Virus record (IMG/VR): IMGVR_UViG_3300010397_000015
Location: 1-52,654 of that record
Source: a virus
Lineage: Duplodnaviria; Caudoviricetes
Length of the DNA stretch: 52,654 nucleotides
Reading direction: 5' to 3' (one strand)
Part shown: positions 45,426 through 52,654 of the stretch, piece by piece
Layout of the letters: the number at the start of each line of letters is the position of its first letter
Numbering within the stretch: the stretch's first letter is position 1
Program-made: the position numbers and the translations under genes
Notes under the pieces: generated by a model
The model's database searches: none
The model's input: only the letters and a program-made list of their open reading frames with translations
Told to the model about the DNA's origin: nothing

Positions 45426-46679
45426 CTACTTGATCCCGGCCTTCCTGGCCTCCTCGAAGAACCGCTCCTTCGTCCAGCCCTCTGAGATGGCCTTCTGCTT
45501 CAGGGTGTCGATGGTGATCGGAGCCGCCGTCTGGTCCGCAACGGCCTGGGATCCACCGGGCTTCCACCCGTTCAGAGTCGCGATGTCGTTCCCGTACCGG
45601 ATGGAAAGGTTTTCCTGGTTCTGCTTCGCCTGGACCGGATCGACCCCTTCCACGAGCGTCATGGCCCACGCCGGGTCCTTCTGAGCCTGCTCGCGTCCGA
45701 GAGCGTAGAGCGCTTGTCGCTGCTCGCGGCTCATGTCCTCGAAGCTCCCGCCCTTGGAGAGTCCGATGCTGTCGTGGATCGGCGTGCCGCTGGGCAGCAC
45801 GATCTTGGCCTCGCCCGTCTTCCCGGCCTTCGGCGTCCCCACCCCGGCCATCTTCGCCTGGAGCTGCTTGAACTCAGCCGCGAGAGCCGGCCCGCTGGAG
45901 TGCGAACGACCGAACGACACCGCGAGCGCACGAGCTTCCAGGAAGTCCTCCGGGTCGACCTTGAGCCCAGCCTCCTCGATCCCTTTGCGCTTGTCGGTGA
46001 GCGTCTGGAGGAGCTCCTTCGGCCCCGCCTTGCGGAGATCGTCGTCGATCGCGCGTTGGTCCAGCACCTTGCTCTTGGCAACCATGCCCTGAGCAACCTG
46101 CCGCACCTGAACCGGATCGCCGCTGTCGAGCTGCATCGACGCGAGCGCGTGCTCCTGGTCGGTGAGATCGCCGCGCTGGAGCATCTCGTCGGCGAGCTTC
46201 TTCGCGGCTCCGGCCTCGGCTTCCTGGTGGAGTCGCTTGTACGCAGCCTCGTCCGAGCGCCTCCGCTGCTCCATCTCCAGTCGGCCCTGCGTGCGGGCGA
46301 ACTGCTCCTGCTGAGTCTGGTATCGCTGATCCTCCAGGTTGATCCGCTGCTGGCCCTGCGACTCCATCACGCCCTGGTGCTGCTGGGTGTCGAAGTCCCG
46401 AAGCGCCTGCATTCGAGCCTGGGATGCCTGGTGCGCCGCGATGGCCTGGTCCTTCACCTCCTGCGCGTGAGCGAGCGCCTTTCGCACCGTCATCTGGATG
46501 TCGAATTGGCGCTTCTCCTCCTGCATCTTCGCGCGTTGGATCAGCCCCGACGCGATCGACTGGCCGATGTCCGCGTAGGCGTGACCACGCACGGCGCCGG
46601 CCTGCACGGTGGGCGTGTTGTCCACTTGCTGTGGGTTGGCCCGGTAGAACAGGCCGCCGAAGTCGACCGGAGGACTCAT
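45426..46679 (-). CDS. Internal virion/ejection-type protein
   Basis: 417 aa, Gln-rich coiled coil. Confidence 0.65.
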   Translation of the reverse strand: MSPPVDFGGLFYRANPQQVDNTPTVQAGAVRGHAYADIGQSIASGLIQRAKMQEEKRQFDIQMTVRKALAHAQEVKDQAIAAHQASQARMQALRDFDTQQHQGVMESQGQQRINLEDQRYQTQQEQFARTQGRLEMEQRRRSDEAAYKRLHQEAEAGAAKKLADEMLQRGDLTDQEHALASMQLDSGDPVQVRQVAQGMVAKSKVLDQRAIDDDLRKAGPKELLQTLTDKRKGIEEAGLKVDPEDFLEARALAVSFGRSHSSGPALAAEFKQLQAKMAGVGTPKAGKTGEAKIVLPSGTPIHDSIGLSKGGSFEDMSREQRQALYALGREQAQKDPAWAMTLVEGVDPVQAKQNQENLSIRYGNDIATLNGWKPGGSQAVADQTAAPITIDTLKQKAISEGWTKERFFEEARKAGIK

Positions 46680-47239
46680 CCGAACAGCCCGCCTCCGATT
46701 GCGCCACCGAAGAGACTGCCGAGGCCCTGGTAGATCCCCGACTGCTGCATCGAGTTGGCCGAGTTCTTCGCAATCTGCTTGTTCAGCTTCATCGCGAGTT
46801 CCTCCTGCGTCAGCCCGGCGAGTTCCGTCCCGGTGCCCTTGAAGAGCTTCGCCAAGTCGAAAGCGAGACCTGAGCTGGCCTCTCCCTGCAACCCGCCCAG
46901 GTTCGCCTGAAGTTCCTGTCCCGGCGCGTACATCATCCGCTGCACGACATCGGGCGAGAGTCCCTGCGACGCGGCCTGCGCACCGTAGCGCGACTGTGCC
47001 TCACCGAACCCGCCGATCATGCCCTGTGCGCGAGACCGGAAGAGATCCTCGTAGCCCTGCCGCAGATAGTCCGCCGCGCTCGCCGTGCCGCCGCGCAAGT
47101 AGTTCTCTGCCGTGTCGAAGCCGCGCGTGATCTGGGACGCCTTGCCATCTCCCGTGCTGCTTCCTCCGCCGAAGAGGCTGTCTCCGAAGAGCCCGCCGGT
47201 CACTCCGCCGGCCGCGAATCCACCCCAGTTCCAGCCCAT
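46676..47239 (-). CDS. Gly-rich pilot/ejection-type protein (P22 gp7-like position)
   Basis: GGAGG RBS; Gly-rich hydrophobic ends. Confidence 0.65.
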   Translation of the reverse strand: MGWNWGGFAAGGVTGGLFGDSLFGGGSSTGDGKASQITRGFDTAENYLRGGTASAADYLRQGYEDLFRSRAQGMIGGFGEAQSRYGAQAASQGLSPDVVQRMMYAPGQELQANLGGLQGEASSGLAFDLAKLFKGTGTELAGLTQEELAMKLNKQIAKNSANSMQQSGIYQGLGSLFGGAIGGGLFG

Positions 47240-47248
47240 GTCAGCCTC

Positions 47249-50200
47249 CTACGTCTGCTCCACGTCTCTGATCCGCCACACGATTGCCGACAGGTCGAAC
47301 TCCGTGCCTGTCACCCCGAACGGCACGTAGAGTCGACACTTCATCCAGGTTCCGAGTACGGATCGCAGCGGATAGTTCCGATGCGTGACGCTGAGGTCGA
47401 TCGTTCCGCCGTCCACCACGGTCGTATCGTCCATGTCCGTGAGGATCTCGAACGTGAGTGAACCCGTCGTCTCCTTGCGGAACACGAAGTCGATGTACGT
47501 CGCGATCTTTTGCCGCTCGGGATTGCCCAGGTCCAACCACGGTGTCTCAAATCTGTGCTCCATCACGCCCAGGAGCACTACGCCGTCCAAGGGTACGGCG
47601 GCGTCGGCCACCTCGTCGAGCAGCAGGATTCCAGAAGCAGCCCCCAGGACGACGGCCGTTCTCTCGACCGAGGAAGCGTCGAGGTATCGAACGGTCGCGC
47701 CCCGGGGGCCTTCCAAGGTCGCGTCGATGCTTCCAGTCGTTACCACCAACGCGGTCGTGGTCGATCCGGTTCCAGCCACGAGGGACAGGTCCCCCCAGAC
47801 CTCCGGCGTGTCTCCGATCAGCATCCCCTGGGTGTCGCTCCGGTCGAGCCACACCACGAATCCGTCGTCCGTGCCGCCCACGAGCCGCTCGGAGCCGCCC
47901 GGACCGGACTGGACCTGCCCGATGGCCGAGAGGTTCGGGGTCTCGTACCGACTGAACCGGAAGCTGCCTGCCTGATTTCCCTGGAGCTCGGCGCCGGCCC
48001 GCTGGACGTAGGACTCCATCGAGATGCGGTGCTTCTGCCTGGTCTCGTCGACCTCCCTCGTCAGAAGGAGGTACTGGTCCCTGGAGCGATTGATCGTGGC
48101 CGCGAAGAGCCGCGCCTTCCGCCGGTCCATGACGTTCGCGAAGTAGTTCTCCAGCGCCGTCGAGACGAAAACCGGGCGGCCGAGATTCGTCACGCCGGAT
48201 CGCGAGACGATGTGCGCGCCGCGGTCCCCGAGGAAGTTCGCTCGGTCGTCGAGAGCCACCATCGCCCCGGGAGAGATCGCCCCGACCCCGCCCGAAACCG
48301 TCTCCACCCTCGCCAGGTCGTCAGACCCGATCGTCGCCGATGCGACAGCCAAGTCCTTCGCGATGACCATGAGTTCGTCAAGCTGGACCATCCCCGTGAT
48401 CTCGTCCCCGCGTCCGCTCGCGAGCCGGAAGAAGCCCACGGTCGGCGTGATCCGGATCGACACCGGGAACCCCGCCCTGGAGTACATCACCCCGTCGAGC
48501 TGCTTCAGCTTCGTGAGTGCCCCGAACCACAGGCGCGTCCCGGAGGAGGCCAGCACCTTGCAAGCCGGCGGCGGGAAGTTGTCGAAGCCCAGCGGCGGAC
48601 CTTCCCCGATCGTCTCTTCCGTGGCGCGGATGGCGTACTCGTTCGCGGAGGCATCGAACCGGGCGACCCGCAGCAGAGCCGCGCTGGATCCGAAGCTCGA
48701 GATCCGCAGCCGGGTCTGAGCGCGGATGGCCGCACGGGTCGCCTTGGCTCGCTCCTCGTCCTCCCGCGCCGCGGCCTTCGGGTGATTCTTCCGGCGCTTG
48801 GCGAGGGCCTTCTCGTCCAGGACCGGCTCCTCGGGATCGAACTCCCCGTCGTCACCGATCTCGAACGATCCGCCCAGGCTCTCGAACACCCAGAGCTCGT
48901 GGCCCTTCTTCTGCGGGAGGCCGGTGAGCAGGATGCGGACAGCCCCGGACGGGTTCTTCGGGTCCTCCGCCGCCGCGGCGATGGTCAGGATCGGACCCCC
49001 GTTGGACACCGCATCCTGCACCGGATCGTAGAAGGCGCACGACACGAAGCGCGTCGAGGACCAGACCGAGGGGTCCTGGATCCACTTCAGCGTCGGGTGC
49101 GCAGCCTTGCTCGCGCGCGTGTACGGGTGCGCGGTCGGATCCTTGTCGATGAAGGGCGGTCGCGTCGCGGTGCCGTTCGGCTGGCTCGAAGCGTTCCCAC
49201 CCTCGTCGTTGAACGTCCGCGCGTCGGCTGCCCAGAACGTCGCGAGCGGGGTCGCCGGCTCGTTTACCGCGGGGCGCCCGTTGTACCGAAGCTCCCCGGG
49301 CTCGCCGTTCAGGCCGTCGTAGAGCGGGTGATCCAGGATGTCCACGCCGACCTGAGCCGGGTCGAGCAGGTTGCCCGCGGCGGAACTGTCCACGTCCTCG
49401 AACACGAAGGCGCCCTCGCCGTTCGTCCCGGTGACGGTGGTCCAGCCGGGCGTCCACATCTCGCCCTCGTGCGGCGCGAAGCCGTTGACGCTCGACTCCT
49501 GGAGACCAGTCCCAAGAAACTCCACGTCGCCGTTCGTGTCCGGGCTTCGCGCCAGGTCGAAATCATCCGACTTGGTGAGCCCGATTCCCATGAAGATTCC
49601 GCCGATCAGGCCCGATGCGACCCCGAACACCTCGGCTGTCGCGGTCCCAGCGATCACGGTGTCGATCGTCGTCGTGTTGACCCGACCCGTGATCCGGTAG
49701 AGCTTCCCGGCGAACGCGCCCGCTCCGAACTGGAAGTACATGCCGACGTGATCGACCGAGAAGGCGTCCTTGCTCGACACGACGCGGCCCGCCGTAGCGT
49801 TCGTCGAGTACGTCCCGGCGATCATCCCACCGAGGCCGGTCGCATCGGTTCCAAGGGGACGGATCTGAGAGACCTCCGTGGTGAAGCCAACCATGCTCCG
49901 ACCCGAGACCGCCTCGTCCAGCTCCATGACGTTCCCAGCGGTTGGGGCCGTCGTCCGCAGCCTCTTTACGATCGCAACGTCGTGCATCGGGTTGATGATG
50001 CCGACAGGGGTGAGAGTCGTTGCCGTCGCGGCGCTCGTTCCGCCCGTCACCAGCTCCCCAGCCGTGAACGTGCCCGCCGTGTCCTCGTACTCGATGAAGC
50101 CGTTCTCCCCGGCCGTAGCCTGAGCAAAGCGCAGCACGGCTCCGGTTGCCGCGGACGTTCCACCCGTGATCGTCTCGCCGACCGTGAACGTCCCGGAGAA

Positions 50201-52654
50201 TGGAGACGTGATCGCGATGCGCCTCCGGATGATCCCGGCGTTCATGTCCACGAAGCTGTTGACCCAGTTCCCTTCGAGCAGGTCGTTCTGGGGGAACCGC
50301 TTGCGGACGTAGATGTAGTGGACGCGACCCGGAGTGAAGACGGGCGATGTCGTCTCGACGTAGACCTCCTTCTTCAGAGCGGTGTCGTACCACCCGAACA
50401 CGAGCTTCCCGTCGCGGCACTCCACGAACGGTCCGCCCGAGTCCTTCGACTGTCCGCGCCGCCAGATGGAGATGCGTCCGGAGATCGACGCCGGCTTCCA
50501 GTAGCACTTGAACGCGAAGTAGCGCCCGCTCGTCCAGTCGAGAATGTCCGCGTCGGCATCCCCGATCCTCTGCCGGAAGTAGCTGTTCCCGTAGGACTGG
50601 TAGTGGCTGATCTGCGTCGCCGCACCCCGAGTCGCTCCGTCGATCGGATCGTTCGCGGGGTTCGCCGCGCTCGTCTTGTCCCGCTCGTTCGCGACCCAGA
50701 CCGGGAACCGCTGGAGCTCGAACGACGGCTTGATCGTGGGCGGAAGAACGCCAGCGAGTCGACCCTGGCCCTTGATGATGACCGCGGGACGAGAGCCGTT
50801 CGTCGCGTAGACCTGGGTCCCGAACTGCGCCCAGGAGACCACGTTCGTCTCGCGACCGAACTCGTGGAACAGGCTGATGAGCGGATGCGACCGGATCAGG
50901 CCGTACTGGTCCGTCTCGACATCGTGGACCTTGTGGCCGACACCCTCCGCGTTCGGACCAAGGATCCAGAAGTCTGGCTGCCTCGGAAGTGTGCTGGCAA
51001 GGTAGTCGAGCGCGAACGGATCGAAGTCGGCCGGGGCAACCCCGGTGTTCGATCCAGTCCAGATGTCGTCGCGCAGCACGACCAGCTCTCCCAGCCGTCC
51101 CTGGAGGCTGTGCAGGAAGCCCTGGATGCGCTGCGGCTTGATCTGGTCCACGCCCTCGGTGAAGGTCGGCTCGTCCTGCGGCGCGCTGTAGGAATCCCTG
51201 GAGGCTCCGACGAGGATCGTCCCGGGAGTGCCGGGCGAGACCAGCTTCGAGTCGCGGATCCAGTCGATGTCGGTCAGCCCCGACACTCCCGAGTCCTGCG
51301 CGTTCAGCGTGACCTCGGAGGCGTGGCCGTTGATCTTGAGGTGCGGCTTGAGCCAGACCGTTCCCTCCGCGCGCGTTGGCAGGTACCAGCGGATGTGCGC
51401 CCAGTCCCCCGGACCGATCGCGGACGACCCCGACGTGATGTACAGGCCCTTCTCGGTCAGGGGCGTCGCCGTGGATCCGACCACGAGCTCGGGAGTCCCG
51501 TACCGCAGGCGACCGATCAGGTGGACGCGGTGCGAGCCAGCATCGAGCGCGGGGTCGGTCTCGAGATCCCCGATCCAGAACAAGGTCTGGTATTCGGCGG
51601 TCGCGTCCAGCTTCACCCAGGCGTCGATCACCGTGACCCACGCATCCGTCGCCGACGAGTTCAGCGTGAACACCGTCGCGTCGTCGAACACCACCCGGTC
51701 GTCGTGGAGCGGAGCCGCGATGCCCGTGTCCTGAATTGTTGTGGCACGGAATCTCAGACTCTTCTCGATCGAGTCCGTCGGGCCTTCGTCGACCCAGCGA
51801 TCGTCAGCTTGGAACAGAGCGCCCTGAGCCGCCGCGTAGATGTCGCCCGAGCGGCCCGTGATTCCGAGGATCGGATTCCGCCGAGGTCGGACGAGGCCCC
51901 GGCACCAGGAAGGAAGGAGGTCCTGGATCGTGCCTCGTCCGAGCGGCGAGTAGATCCGCAGCCCGCCGGTCGCGGTGATCGGAGCCACGTTCGCCCACAG
52001 GTCGTCCACGATCAGCGCGTCGTCGATCGTCGAGGTCGACGGCACATAGGCGTTGCCCGCGCCCAGCGACAGTTCCTTCTCGGAGAGGTCGTCGGCGAAC
52101 GCGGTGTAGTACAGCAGCCGGATGATGTCGCACCGCGCAGCCGATCGCGTCGCATCTCGGAACGGTTCCGCGAGCGTCAGCGAGGATCCGTCCGCCGCCA
52201 CGGAGTCGACGAGGTAGAACTCCTCCTGTTCCTTCCCGATCGTCTCGGGGTCCTCGATCTTCGTCATGTCGCCGCGAGCCATGAAGATCGTCTCGGTGAC
52301 GGCTTCCTTCGTGTCCTCCGGCGCCGAGGTGAAGAACTTGCCACCGCCCGAGGGAGTGACCACAGCCGAGCCTTCCACGACATTGGCTTGGCGCAGTCCT
52401 CTCCCGAGCGGGAGCAAGATGTCGTCGGCCGTCAGGAGTCGCGCCGGCAGACATTTTAGACCCAAGAGCTTCCCGTCGCGTTCAACGATCCCCCCGTTGA
52501 CGCTCGGCAGGGCTCCAGGGCCGATCGTGCTGAAGACGCGCACTTCGTCGAGCAGCATCCGGCAGTTCAGTTCCGCGTAGCCGAGGCCCGCAGCGGCTCG
52601 CGGCGAACGAGGCGACCATCGTCCGCCGATGCAGATGACCGACCGCGCGAGATC
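47249..52654 (-). CDS. 3' part of the giant tail nozzle-like protein (begins at 2517 across the origin)
   Basis: LamG-like segments; C-terminal propeller-type motifs RLWFG, DEITGM, SGGVGAISP, ETPWLDLGNP. Confidence 0.85.
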   Translation of the reverse strand, partial: DLARSVICIGGRWSPRSPRAAAGLGYAELNCRMLLDEVRVFSTIGPGALPSVNGGIVERDGKLLGLKCLPARLLTADDILLPLGRGLRQANVVEGSAVVTPSGGGKFFTSAPEDTKEAVTETIFMARGDMTKIEDPETIGKEQEEFYLVDSVAADGSSLTLAEPFRDATRSAARCDIIRLLYYTAFADDLSEKELSLGAGNAYVPSTSTIDDALIVDDLWANVAPITATGGLRIYSPLGRGTIQDLLPSWCRGLVRPRRNPILGITGRSGDIYAAAQGALFQADDRWVDEGPTDSIEKSLRFRATTIQDTGIAAPLHDDRVVFDDATVFTLNSSATDAWVTVIDAWVKLDATAEYQTLFWIGDLETDPALDAGSHRVHLIGRLRYGTPELVVGSTATPLTEKGLYITSGSSAIGPGDWAHIRWYLPTRAEGTVWLKPHLKINGHASEVTLNAQDSGVSGLTDIDWIRDSKLVSPGTPGTILVGASRDSYSAPQDEPTFTEGVDQIKPQRIQGFLHSLQGRLGELVVLRDDIWTGSNTGVAPADFDPFALDYLASTLPRQPDFWILGPNAEGVGHKVHDVETDQYGLIRSHPLISLFHEFGRETNVVSWAQFGTQVYATNGSRPAVIIKGQGRLAGVLPPTIKPSFELQRFPVWVANERDKTSAANPANDPIDGATRGAATQISHYQSYGNSYFRQRIGDADADILDWTSGRYFAFKCYWKPASISGRISIWRRGQSKDSGGPFVECRDGKLVFGWYDTALKKEVYVETTSPVFTPGRVHYIYVRKRFPQNDLLEGNWVNSFVDMNAGIIRRRIAITSPFSGTFTVGETITGGTSAATGAVLRFAQATAGENGFIEYEDTAGTFTAGELVTGGTSAATATTLTPVGIINPMHDVAIVKRLRTTAPTAGNVMELDEAVSGRSMVGFTTEVSQIRPLGTDATGLGGMIAGTYSTNATAGRVVSSKDAFSVDHVGMYFQFGAGAFAGKLYRITGRVNTTTIDTVIAGTATAEVFGVASGLIGGIFMGIGLTKSDDFDLARSPDTNGDVEFLGTGLQESSVNGFAPHEGEMWTPGWTTVTGTNGEGAFVFEDVDSSAAGNLLDPAQVGVDILDHPLYDGLNGEPGELRYNGRPAVNEPATPLATFWAADARTFNDEGGNASSQPNGTATRPPFIDKDPTAHPYTRASKAAHPTLKWIQDPSVWSSTRFVSCAFYDPVQDAVSNGGPILTIAAAAEDPKNPSGAVRILLTGLPQKKGHELWVFESLGGSFEIGDDGEFDPEEPVLDEKALAKRRKNHPKAAAREDEERAKATRAAIRAQTRLRISSFGSSAALLRVARFDASANEYAIRATEETIGEGPPLGFDNFPPPACKVLASSGTRLWFGALTKLKQLDGVMYSRAGFPVSIRITPTVGFFRLASGRGDEITGMVQLDELMVIAKDLAVASATIGSDDLARVETVSGGVGAISPGAMVALDDRANFLGDRGAHIVSRSGVTNLGRPVFVSTALENYFANVMDRRKARLFAATINRSRDQYLLLTREVDETRQKHRISMESYVQRAGAELQGNQAGSFRFSRYETPNLSAIGQVQSGPGGSERLVGGTDDGFVVWLDRSDTQGMLIGDTPEVWGDLSLVAGTGSTTTALVVTTGSIDATLEGPRGATVRYLDASSVERTAVVLGAASGILLLDEVADAAVPLDGVVLLGVMEHRFETPWLDLGNPERQKIATYIDFVFRKETTGSLTFEILTDMDDTTVVDGGTIDLSVTHRNYPLRSVLGTWMKCRLYVPFGVTGTEFDLSAIVWRIRDVEQT
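52532..52654. repeat. Terminal direct repeat, right copy
   Basis: Identical to 1-123. Confidence 0.95.

Noticed and set aside
47510-52459. 1649-aa plus-strand ORF, and similar long antisense ORFs such as 2179..3963, 6913..9015, 34837..36063 and 38363..40069
   Set aside because: These are in-register shadows of real high-GC genes, Arg/Val-rich and without motifs, unlike the nested HNH, which has an RBS and a full catalytic motif
1-52654. Genome-wide TAG reassignment (genetic code 15)
   Set aside because: Long genes contain no internal TAG, and several TAGs overlap the next gene's start or RBS out of frame

Overview
The window is very likely one complete, circularly assembled ~52.5 kb high-GC tailed-phage genome: bases 1-123 repeat exactly at 52532-52654, and one reading frame runs through that junction. 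The gene order is podovirus-like. A minus-strand late arm carries a split large terminase, portal, scaffold, major capsid, adaptor, a ~2600-aa nozzle-like protein crossing the origin, three ejection-type proteins, a collagen fibre, small membrane proteins and a beta-helix protein. A plus-strand early arm (~22.0-31.3 kb) carries many small Cys-rich proteins, a RecE-like exonuclease, an SSB-like protein, a Lar-like protein and a PD-(D/E)XK nuclease. An Acb2-type anti-CBASS sponge and five HNH genes are also present. The most unusual points are: (1) an intact HNH gene with its own RBS nested antisense inside an uninterrupted 1367-aa virion gene; (2) a ~2.26 kb IS1-family cargo element, with back-to-back leaderless promoters, a C10 tract and a hairpin-rich segment, that splits a reconstructable lipoprotein gene; (3) a terminase split across frames with a bypass-like junction; (4) virion genes repeatedly separated by in-frame TAG codons, including a nozzle gene broken by a two-gene module. 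I recognise no polymerase, helicase, primase, integrase, endolysin, tRNA or CRISPR array. All family assignments come from reading motifs by eye, not from database searches.
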